Shown here piece after piece: positions 39,950-51,750 of a stretch of DNA of 64,000 bases. The position numbers and the translations under genes are program-made. The notes beneath the pieces were generated by a model. The model worked only from the letters and a program-made list of their open reading frames with translations, did not search any database and had not been told where the DNA came from. The number at the start of each line of letters is the position of its first letter. Position 1 is the stretch's first letter. Origin of the DNA: Chrysomallon squamiferum (lineage: Eukaryota > Animalia > Mollusca); the NCBI GenBank assembly GCA_012295275.1, contig CM022677.1:15066001-15130000 (forward strand), in the 5' to 3' direction.

Positions 39950-41615
39950 TTGCTATCAAGATGGTTTTAAATGTAAATTTAATTTTTAATTCATTGAAAA
40001 AGTAATGGAGAATTTGGACAGAGAACTAAGTAATGTTTCATGGTTTCAGAAATTCCACAACTACAGTTTGGTGTTGTGTTTATTTTGTGTTTGAATTTGA
40101 CTGTGTTTAGATTGGTGGAGTAGCTGATTCTGAGTCTGGTAATGTTGTTGTTATGTAGTTCTTAGTAAACTGATTTTGGGTTTTGATGATGAAAGGGGTA
40201 ACTAATGTTTACTTTATTTCTTTACTATTTGCTGGTTGCAACATTCACCCACTCCAGTCTCCATTTCAATATGGCTGACTGTTGTTTTAAAACTAGATTG
40301 TAGTGAAAGGTGAGTTTTAAAGGGTTGATCAGGGCCTAGATCCTTCATGAGATGTTTATTACTGAGAGTGGATTTTAACACAGTATTTTAGTGTGTGTAG
40401 GTTTTTGTCTGTATTTCAAGTGTTGTATGTTTTATTCCAACATGAGACTGTCAGGCAGTGTGATGTTTGGTAACGGTTTTTACAAGATGTGATTATCTTC
40501 TGTATGTGTTGAATGATTTTCTTGGCTGTTGAATGAATTTCTTTGTTATTAAATGGTTATCTATTTTTAGTGTTATTTTGCTGTTATGTTTCTTTCTGTT
40601 TTTTCTTTTTTTTTCTTTATTAGAGAGGAGGCATGCTGTCTAAGTGAAATCGTTATCCCTCAGTTTAAAGGCAGACATTCAAGTTGTTTAGGTATGTTTG
40701 TATTTGGTTATTTAGAGATCTGCCTGAACACCAGAAAGTGAAGACATTGGCAAAGAGTGGTATGTTTATTGGATCAGCTAGATTTTTTGTGTTGTTTTGT
40801 TCGTTTGATGCAGTAAAGATTTTGCTGAGATCACATTCTTGTGGTTGTTTTTTCAGATGTATGTCCTTTTATTTTAACAGATATTGATATTTTGTTTATG
40901 AAGTTGTCATTGATGTTAATGTTAATTAGTTTGATGAGTACTTCCTCCCTCCAGACCATAGCAAAGTCTTGTTCCATAATCTGTGAAAACTGTAATTACT
41001 TTTCATTCATTTACTGAATGCTTGGTTTATGGAATTTAATGAATTGTTGTTCATGTGGTGTTTTGTTCTAAAGCTGTTTTGTTATTTACTTATGAAATTG
41101 TTGTTGTTTAAGTTTTGTGTTTACCAATGTGTTGAAGGTTTTACATTTGTGATATTAGTGTAACTGGTCTGTAGTTGATTGTCAGGTTTAGTTAGACTAA
41201 AACAGTTTGCAAGTTTCCAGTCTGTTGGTATCTTACCTGTTGACATTAAATAAATTACATTAAAGAGATCAAGTATTATTACTAATGGTTTTGACTATTT
41301 TGTATTTTTCAAATTGATTTTTTTTTTAGATTATTATTATTTTGTTTTGTTTTGTATTGTCTTCTGTATTTAGTCCACTACTCAGTGGATATTTTGTTAG
41401 TGCAGTTTTTGGTTTTAGGTTTGTGTTTAGGGCAATATGTGTCAGAGTTGTTTGGGTTTTTTATTTTAATATTTGTTGTGTGTCACCAGTTCTGTCAGAG
41501 ACCTCACTTGGGTAACAGTGACTTATTTCTGTCTGTTGGTTGATGTAGCTGTCAATTGTAATTGTTGTCATGGCAGGTTTGTTGTTAAAGGTAAGTGTGG
41601 TCCAGTCGGTTGCTC
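39950..41615 (-). mobile_element. Heavily decayed LINE related to the element at 570-4680
   Basis: Minus strand reads DWTTLTFNNKPAMTTITIDSY versus YWTTLTFSSKLTNITITIDVY at ~1000; QQSAI remnant (~40270) resembles GQSAIDL; mirror-image GT-rich composition. Confidence 0.55.
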
Positions 41616-42093
41616 TCTCCCCCCTCCCTGTTTATATATGTGTGTGCATATGTTTGTCTGTGTGTGTAATACAGAGACAAAATTACATGTAAAATTAATT
41701 ATTATTTATTTATTTGTTTTTCTAAATGAAAATATCTATAATCAGCACTATTTTAAAAGCTCAATCAAAGTACAGTCAGTTAACATTTCCACAGATAGGT
41801 TCAGAAATAAAAAGTAGGTCATATGCAAATGTGGTGTTAGATTGATGGAATTTCATTGGTGGAGACTTACAGACACTGTAATCTAGTGGATTCTTCAGTT
41901 GTTGAATTAGATACATAAAGTACAGAACAGAACTTTTTGTTCTTGAATTAAATTTGAAAATTGTAAAATTAATTCTTCAGGTAAGAAATTCTTATTATAT
42001 ATTTGTTTAATTTTGCAGGTAACAGAGACTTCTGAAATGAATAGCATATTTTAATATTTTATTTTATTTTTAAATATTTAGTTTATTAAAACA

Positions 42094-42141
<48 letters not shown>

Positions 42142-44079
42142 TACATTATCAACATTTTTACATTAATTAGCTTTAGGAATGATAAAATGGATTGAATCAA
42201 GAAAATTCACAAATGATATGTTTTATTTTGGTTACGTCCTGTAATAATTTCAAATTCTTTCTTTTCTTCCCCAGCTTCCCCAGCAGCCTTGACCTTTCTG
42301 TAAGGGGAGATAATCGAGCTGAACAACAGGTTGGCACATGAAAGAGATCAGTTAGAAAAAACAACTGACTAAATGTCAGGTAAGAATTTTTTGTTGTTTG
42401 TTTTTGTTGTTTTATTTTTATTTTTTTATCTTAGCATTAAACTGTGAAATTAAATATCCAGCTCACTTTTAATGTTGTTATTCTGGTAACAGTAATAAGA
42501 AGAGAGCCTGGCTAGAAAATACCATGTTTGGCAATAACTCTTGGTGATGATTTAAAGTTATTCAGGCTATCTTTCTGGTAAAGATTTAGAAAATATTTAT
42601 GTTAATGTGATAATTAAATTTAAAGAAAAAAAAGAGTTTTATCTTATTATTTATTAACTTGCTTCCTTTTTTGGTTATTTGTGTATTTATTTGATTATAT
42701 ATTTATGATGTTTTATTAATCAGACACATAGCTTTATTGTCTTTATTCAGATGTAAAATAATACCATATGTTTGCTGTTCTTCACTGTTTTTAAACACAT
42801 AATGAAACAATTGTATACATAATGCCAGAAAGAAACTGAAACATAGTATTTTGTCTTTATTCAGTTATAAAATTATACCTTTAGCTTGCTGTTAATCACT
42901 GTGTTTAATGAAAGACGAAGAAATAACTTCTAGAAATTTGATGAAAATACCAAATTCCAGAAATGAGAAAAGACGTTTGAACATTGTCTTTTTTTTCTTC
43001 ATTTCTGTGTAGAGAAGAAGATGAGTTTGAAGACTTGGACAAAAGCAATAATGGAGGAAGTATCAACGAGAATAATACAAATGGCTCCCAATCTGCGAGT
43101 CCTGGTAATCATTTACTTTTATATTTATTTTTTGACTGTGCAGTTACTGATTATTTTAGTCTGTTTTTTGATAGAGATCCAATTGTTTAAAAAGTTTATT
43201 CATTTTAATTTACTGTATTTAATATATATATAAATAATACAATGTGTGGGATTTTTTAAATATTAAATTACAATAATTTTTTTAAATGTTTAATTTTTCT
43301 CATTTACATACTGTTAAAAGGAATTAAAAAAAATGTACAAAATAATCAGTCAATCAGTTAATTTGATTAAATTTGAAAAATAAAATAAAATTCACTTCAT
43401 GTTCTATTTATTCTTTAATTACTAAATAAATAACCATTTATCCAAAACATTAAAACTGAGAATAATTATAAATTAACTTAAGAAATAAAATATATATATT
43501 ATTTATTTTTTAGAAATAGGTAATGAAATAAACACAGAACTGGAGTCAGCCATTGCAGAAAGAAAAGACTTTCCTCTCCATAATGTGTCTGATGATCACA
43601 ACGACATTGTCAACAAAAAAGTCAGCTCCTTCAGAGCATCGGCAACAACAGCGTGCAGCAGCTGAGAGACAATGGTGACAGCAACAGCCTCGATGACAAA
43701 CTGGGAGACAACGAGGACAGCAGTGAATCTCCTCCCACTATCCCACCTCGAGAACCACGCAATGTCCCATTCCACCCACCCCCTCCATCTCCGCCTAACA
43801 GGGTCCCAGACACAGAGTACCTGCAGGAGGAGAAAACTGCGAGTAGAAAACAATGCTGTACAAGAACAGATAGGCAGACAGGAAATAGAACTTATACAGC
43901 TACGTAGCCATATTGAATATGTCAATGATGACAGGGAGAAGTTGAAAAGAAAGGTAACTCTGCATACATTTTAAAAATGGTTATATTTTTCATTTTTATT
44001 TGGAGATAGAATTAAAACACAAAACATAAGTGGTCTTATTTATTTTAGATTCCAGTTTCCTTCAGTTATATTATATGGC

Positions 44080-44315
44080 GTTTGTTACATTTGAAAGAGT
44101 TACAGGATAAATTGTTGCATTTTTGTTACAGTTGAAAGAGTTAGAGGATAAAGTCTTAACATTTTTGTTACAATTGAAGGAGTTACAGGATAAATTTTTA
44201 CATTTTTGTTACAATAAAAAGAGTTACATGATAAACTGTTGCATTTTCAGTGCAGTTTAAACAGAGACTAAATTGTTACATTTTTGTTACAGTTGAAGGA
44301 GTTACAGGATAAGTT
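44080..44315 (+). repeat. ~41-bp tandem repeat (~6 copies) spanning an MCC splice acceptor
   Basis: Unit ATTTTTGTTACAG/TTGAAGGAGTTACAGGATAAATTGTTGC. Confidence 0.85.
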
Positions 44316-46408
44316 ACCTCTGACAGATTTGTCTTCTAGTCCCATGAACAGTCAAACATCAACACCAACAAAGTCACAAGTGAATCCTAAAACAGGAGAG
44401 AGGTATAAACAAACATTTCTTATATTCCCAGTAACCAAGGAATCAGTGTAGACAGACATATTTGTTTGTTGTGTTTATGTTTATTTTTATAAATGGAACT
44501 TTGAGTATATATATGTACATTTTGTATTTATTTATTTATTTAATTATTTGTTTATTTTTATTAATTAATTTATTTATTTATTTATGTATTTATTTATTTA
44601 TTAATTCACAGGACCACTGCAGGCAGTGATCAGTTTCTTGTAGCTAAAATAGCAGAACTGAAGAAACTAAAAACATGTGCTGGAGACAGACAGATTCTTG
44701 GTGCTGAAATTACCTCCCTTGGGGTAAATCTCATTTAACATCATTTTAATCTGTTGTAAAGCATTTGTTAATTCATTCATTTTTATTATTATTTTTATTA
44801 AAAATAATTTCCAGTATGTAAATTTTGGAGGAATTTTACAAATTTTAAAATTTTGCTGAAATATTTTATAACCCTAAATGAATTAATGTTTCAGTTCAAA
44901 TCAACTAAAATAAAAAATATACATTTTGAAAACTCAAAATAACAGAGAATAAGTCATTGATATATTCATTTTATTTTTCAAAATCTGATATGAATTTAAC
45001 TGATTTTAAATTTAGAAATGTTTTCCAACTACAATCATTCCAAATGAAATACATTTTATACACCCAAATAAATACATTTTTAACAAGAACTCAGGATTAT
45101 TATTCATTATTTTTCATGATTTTTAACCCTACATGTTTTGCCCTATGGTAATACTGTTTCAAATCAATTAAAATAAATATACATTTTTCAGAAAATAACA
45201 CAGAATAAGTCACTGATATGAATTTAACTGTTTTTAAAGCTTGCTTATGTTTTTAGCACGTTGAAATCATCTAAAACAAAGACATTTTTAACCAATAAGA
45301 CAGAATAAGTCATTGATATATTATTTTTCATGACATCTAATATAAATTTAACTTATTTTTAACCTTGTTTATGTTTTTTGCCCTGTAGAAATATCCTTTC
45401 ACATCATTTTTTAAACAGTAACACAAAATAAATAACTCATACATACTAATTTTTGTCAATTTCTTCTTCAGCTTCCAAATACGAAATTAGCCAAACATTT
45501 AGTTTACAAACAGAGTTTACAGGGCAGTTCTAACATGCAGGAAATTGTTCAGACTTTGTACAAGTGTGGTTCTGAGATAGGAGAAACCAAAGTGAAAGAG
45601 TTTGAAACTGAGTTTGAAAGACTTCAGAGCAAAATTGACCACCTCAAGTCACAGAATGATTTGGCTAACCTGACGCTGAATGAGAGCAAGTCCTACTTGG
45701 AGAGGTTGACGGTGTTGATGGGGAAGTATGAGTCTAACAACACAGCGCTGCAGTTGGCTATTAACTACTCTGATCAGGTGATAGAGGCGTATGAAGAGTT
45801 GTGTGTTCTGCTGGAGAGAGAGATGGGAGTTTTGTTAGCTAACTGTAGAGCTGCAGGACTTGGAAGTCTGGGTAAGTTACAACTAAAATTCTTATTTAAA
45901 AATATATTATTTCAGTAATTGCTACTTCATTGAAATTCATTCCTTTTTATACGTAAATGAAGTTAATTTTTGCATGTGTGTGTGTGTGTGTGTGTCCATT
46001 TATTTATCATCTACAAATTCAGTATTTAAGTAATTTTCAGTGTGCATGTATTTCATTTCAGTAAGAAGGATTTAATTTCAGTGTGTTACTTTTCTGTATG
46101 TGTAATGTTAACTTTCAGTGTGTGTAGCTGTTAATACATAGACACTGAAATTAGCCTAAAGTACAGATGCTGAAAATAGTACAGTCTTTATAGTATTATA
46201 TTTTATATCTGTATTTTAGTGTAAGTTAATTTTTGACATCTGTGCATGTTAGTGTTGTGTGCTAACTCTCCAATAAGTGTCTATGTTAATTTTACTAATT
46301 AGTGTATGTGTGTTAATTTCAGTAAATCTTTATTTCAATTAGTTAGATTGTATATGTTAATTTCAGTGACAGCATATTAATTTCTGTAAGTCTGTGTTTA
46401 TGTGTGTG

Positions 46409-46477
<69 letters not shown>

Positions 46478-46569
46478 TTTTAATAAGTCTATATTAATTT
46501 CAGTAAGTTTGTGTATTAATTTCAATAAGTCTGTATTTTTACCATGTCTTGATGTTATTTTTACTAAGA

Positions 46570-46913
46570 TTGTATATTAAAACAGAAGTGCATTTTCTCT
46601 GTGTTTATTTTCAGTAAGTGTATATTAATACAGAAGTGTATTTTCTCTGTGTTTATTTTCAGTAAGTGTGTAATATTAAAACATAAGTGCATTTTCTCTG
46701 TGTTTATTTTCAGTAAGTGTGTATATTAATACAGAAGTGTATTTTCTCTGTGTTTATTTTCAGTAAGTGTGTATATTAATACAGAAGTGTGTTTTCTCTG
46801 TGTTTATTTTCAGTAAGTGTGTATATTAATACAGAAGTGTGTTTTCTGTGTGTTTATTTTCAGTAAGTGTGTATATTAATAGAGAAGTGTGTTTTCTCTT
46901 TGTTTATTTTCAG
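46570..46913 (+). repeat. 50-bp tandem repeat (~7 copies) ending in an MCC splice acceptor
   Basis: TTTTCT at 46742, 46792, 46842 and 46892; the last copy ends TTTTCAG|CTGATGA. Confidence 0.9.
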
Positions 46914-49180
46914 CTGATGAGTCAGGGGAGTGTGAGGATCAGGTGGAGGTGACGTCTATACTACATCACTCGAGGAAGTCTGCTGAAGGCGTGGCTCGAC
47001 ATCTACTTCACAAACTGGACAGAAGCTGTGGAGTTCACACCACACCCTGTACTTCTCACCCCTGGGAGGATCTGTCTTGTAACAACAGAACTGCAAGGTG
47101 ACGCTTTACTTGAAGTCTTTTTGTGTTATATGGTCTTTGTTTTCTGTTATTTTATATTTAGTTTTGTAAGTACTGAAACTGACTTTATTAATTAATACAC
47201 TTTGTTTTTCACTACTTCAAGGTGACACCTGATATTCTACTTTCACTTTGTTTTTATACTTTACTATAATTACTTTTCTGTCTAAAGAGATTTTGTCTTT
47301 AGCATTTTAATTATTCTTTTAAAATTGTCTTTATTTTATGCATTAATAATTTGTTTTTCAGTAATTAAACTGCATTTATATTTAAATGGACTGTATTTTT
47401 TTTACCTTGTATTGAATTTAATCCACTTTGTTTTTTATATGTAAAGTGATTTTGTTTTTATATATATAAATTATCTTTACTTTGTATTTATTGAAATCTA
47501 GTTTTATACCTTTCATATTGCTTTTATTAACCTAAATGGACTTATAATTAAATAAAACATAGTTTTGCATCCGACAGGGATTTTTTTTAGTAAGATAGAT
47601 TTTGATTTTGCTGTAGTCTACAGTCTATTCTGTAATTTAATTATCTTTTTAAAAGTATTTGACCTAATTAGAGTATTATAAATTTCAAGTGCATTAACTT
47701 ATTTTTTCGTGACTAGTGATAATCTTTACCAAACCAACTTTTCATTTTGAATTGTCCAGCATGTCCAGTTCTATGGCCAACTCAGTGGACACTGACTTCA
47801 CCAAACTGGATGAACAGAGACTGCGTGAGTACATTCAGTCACTGAAGAATGACCGGGCAGCGGTCAGAATGACCGTCATGGAGCTGGAGAGTTTACACTT
47901 TGATCCTCTGCTTGATGAACCCAAGAAAACTCCAGAAGCTCAAATTTGGAAAATGCTGAGTTAATGCAGGAGCTGATGGCTATGAAGGTCAGTGTTACTA
48001 AATGTGTTGTTATGTCTGTATAAAAAGTCTTTGCTGCTAATCTTAAAAGAGAATAACCCATTATTTTTTGTGAACAGGAGTCTTCTCTCATTGTGTTTGT
48101 GTTTTTAACAATTTGAATAAATTAATATAAAAATTGTCTTCTATTTTTGTATTGTATTTTTTCTTTTCATATTCTTTTATCCATATCTTTGATCTTTGTT
48201 TTATATTTATTATTATATTTATTCTATATATTGAAAAATATTTTCTGGGATTCTAGACAGACTGAACTTTATTCTTAACATTAGAATAGCATATTATTAA
48301 AACTACCTTGATGTCTTGTACTACATTAACTAGTATTTCTGTTCTTTTTAGGTTATTAATGACACTTTGGTCTTTATTTTGAATCATGCTCTATTTGTAT
48401 TAAAACATTTTCTGAATCTGGACAGACTCAATTTACTCACCTTGTTGTAATTTTGTTTTTCAGGAGGAGAAGGTGGAGCTGAAGGCTCAGAACTACTTGA
48501 TGGAGAAGGAGAAAAGAGCTCTGGAGTTGAGACTGAATGGTAAGGAGTCACAGGAGCAGGCCTACAGAGTACAGATAGAACATCTCAAGTGTGAGATCTC
48601 AGAGCACCAGCAGAGACTGGGCAAAGACGGCAAACACAAACATGTGATTATCTCTGTTTTATCTATCACTTTATCTCTTCTAAGTTAGATAGTATATATA
48701 TAAAATTATATAAACATACTGGGCAAACACAAACATGTGAATATCTCTGTTTTATCTATTACTTTATCTGTTCTAGATAGTTTATATATAGTTAAATAAA
48801 CATACTGGGCAAACACAAACATAAGACTATCTATGTTTTATTTATTACTTTATCTATTCTAAGTTAGATATGTGAATCAAATTCATCTTTATTTTAGACA
48901 TGTTTGTTATCTCTTTAGATTATCGTTCAGTAAATAATTTGAATTGATAACTGCATCATTAAATCTCATTAGAATACAAAACAAAAGATTTTAAAAAGGC
49001 TATATTTCAATTTTTAGTTTACTATAATTATATTGATTTATGCTGACTTAATTTATTGAATCGTTTTATAACAAGGAATTGTCAGTATTTACTGAATGAC
49101 ATTCAGATCTTTCATCATGTATTTATAGGAATTGAAGAAACCAATATACTAAACTGTGGATTTAAACTGTTTATTTTCAG

Positions 49181-50126
49181 AAGTTAAATCAGCTTGTTAA
49201 GGATAGAAATATTCAAGAAATTGTTGATAAATACAAACTCAGATTGACATTTTGGAACAAAGAATAGCTCAAGTCTCCAGTAGAGTTGAAGTATTTGGTG
49301 CTGTCCAGCAGGTATTTAAATACATTATTCATTTTATTTCAGTTTTAAATATTTCTTCAGTCTTTCACAACATCTATGCAAAATAGTTTTCTTACACTGA
49401 ATTAAGCAACTTACACAAAAATGTAATATATTTGTTTTTGTAAAATCATGAAAATGATTAGCAATTATTGTATACTGATGCTTTGTCTGCACATAAAATC
49501 TCATTTATTGAAAGAATCCATAGAAGCACTAAGGACTAATTATTTGTTCAGTTATAAAGACACCTGTCATGAAATGGCAGTCTGATTTTAAGATTCTTTT
49601 TACTTTACTCTAACTTTTTACTTTATTTTATTTATTTATTTTTATTTATTTATTTATTTATTTATAAAAGGAGCAATAATTAATAACCAGAGAATTCTAC
49701 AAGTAAAATCAGTTCAAATATAAGTTTAATATGTGTTTTTGTAGGAGATGAGACTCAGTTGTACAATGGAGGTAATGGTTACTCATGTTGGGAACATTAA
49801 ACAATCACACAAAAAATATCAGACAGAACTTGAAGAGAACAAGTGAGTTGACACTGTCTTTTCTCTTTAATTGACAAAGATGATAATGATATTTGTATAA
49901 AAATTAAGGTGAAAAGTAATTAGAATGTAATATTTTTGTCAGAAGCTAATGTTAATTGCTTGCATTTTTTATTTTTTTTATTTTATTAGCCCTTATCAGA
50001 TATACATTGATGAAAAAGGCTGTTAATTCAGATATTTGTAAGAAAAAATAATGTAAATTATTTGTTGCTGAATTGAAAGCTCTTAAGAATTAAAGATGGC
50101 ATTGTGTTGGCTTCTTTTTGCTCTTG

Positions 50127-50175
<49 letters not shown>

Positions 50176-51750
50176 CAAAATAATGATTTAATTTCAGGAA
50201 ACAGTTAATGGCAGTGAAAATTATTATTTTGGCAGCAATTTTACAGAAATAGGTAATGTCATTAGTCAATCCTTAGTCAACAATCTATGAATTTTACAAA
50301 TTTGATTAATTATTAAATATGATTGGGAAATAAAATGCATGTTTATGTTAGTGTTTCAACACTAAAGAAGACAATTTATAACGCGTGAAAGTTTGATTGT
50401 TTTTTGTTTTTGTTGTTGTAGTAGTTTTAATTAAAAATATAATCTATATAGCTGTTGTTATATTTTATTTATTTTTATTAATTAAGAAAGAGTTTAATTT
50501 GTTTTGGTCCAGGTTCTAAAAGACCCATGTCTATGTGTGGATTGAATGCTGCTCTAAAGGTATGTTTTATTCATTCACTTTTGTGTTTTATAGCTCATTT
50601 CATTAAGAATGAATTTGATCAAAAGTAGCAAGCAGGCAATTTATTTTTAATTACAGAATAGTATTGATAATTTTATATAAATGTTTCATAAAGCTTGCTA
50701 TTTGCTTGATATTTTAAATATTTAGTTTAGATGGTATAGAAGCAATGTAATAATGGTTTATGCACCACCAACAAACCTTGTAATAATTTACATGTCAGCC
50801 TAATAGTGTAGTGAACAGAACACTTGTATGAATTTGTAATTTGCTGTTGTTAATACTTCACTCTAATATGAAATACATACATTTAATACTTTATGTGGTT
50901 GGGCTAAAGATATTTACAATATTTTGTAATTTAGTATATGGATGGAATTGGCTTGAAAGATTTTGCTTATTTTGTTATTTTTATCACATGCAAGTGTAAT
51001 GTTGTCTTTGTTTTAAATACATTTTAAAATATACATAATGGATTCATTATTGTAACTATTAGCTGAATTAGGATAATTGTGGTTTATATATTTCATTAGT
51101 GGCAAAAATTAAATTATAAATTAAATATTTTAATTATTCAAATAATTTGTTGTTAATGAAAACTGTAACGATTGTTAAAGGTTTAAGTTTGTCTGAATAA
51201 TCTCAAATATATTTTCATCCTAGTCTGTTAGTATTTCAAGTAGAAAATTAGAAGTTGTCTAACTAGGTTTAAAATGTTTATTTACTTAATAGTCCAGGCA
51301 GTCATCTTAAACTGGAAATATTGTTCATAATCTCTTTTACTGGTGTATTGCTATTTTAATCCTTTTATACGAAAGATAAAAAATATGATTCAAATTAAGA
51401 ATAAAAAAAACTTTTAATAAATTATTTTTATTATTAAAATTGTATTATGGAAAAAAAAAAAATGTGGACTACAAGTCTTCTAAGACAGTGAAATACAGTT
51501 AGAGCTGACAACAAAACTACTGCTTGCACTTTATTTTATAATTAGTTTATTAATGAATATTATATTTTGTCTTGTAGGATCCTAGACAACAGATTCAAGC
51601 TGCCTCAGCCAAAAGTTGAAAATGTTGAAAGACACATTTTCAGAAAATGTTCACTAATGAAAACTCAGAATGCTATTACATCACAGTCTTCCCTGTCCAG
51701 AGAAAGGTCAACACTGTCAAGAGAAAATCTGTCTGAAATGTCTCAGTGAT
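49181..51750 (+). pseudogene. IRAG/LRMP (MRVI1/Jaw1 family) coiled-coil exons, frameshifted; exons 49181-49311, 49745-49842, 50198-50252, 50513-50559, possibly 51578-~51750
   Basis: QEIVDK [-1] IQTQIDILEQRIAQVSSRVEVFGAVQQ | EMRLSCTMEVMVTHVGNIKQSHKKYQTELEENK | KQL matches the recalled family signature SSRAEVxGAVxQExRxSKAxEVMxQHVENLKRxYxKEHAELxExK; canonical splice sites. Confidence 0.8.

Larger units (their letters stand above)
42275..48643 (+). pseudogene. MCC: MCC (colorectal mutant cancer protein / USHBP1 family) unprocessed pseudogene; exons 42275-42379, 43013-43104, 43514-43953, 44293-44402, 44612-44723, 45472-45871, 46914-47097, 47760-47987, 48464-48643
   Basis: EFERLQSKIDHLKSQNDL..LMGKYESNNTALQLAINYSDQVIEAYE, FTKLDEQRLREYIQSLKNDRAAVRMTVMELESLHFDP and ELKAQNYLMEKEKRALELRL..QEQAYRVQIEHLK closely follow recalled MCC sequence; canonical AG/GT sites. 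Lesions: TAA at 42301, +1 at ~42360, TGA at 43663, frameshift at ~47944. Confidence 0.92.
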
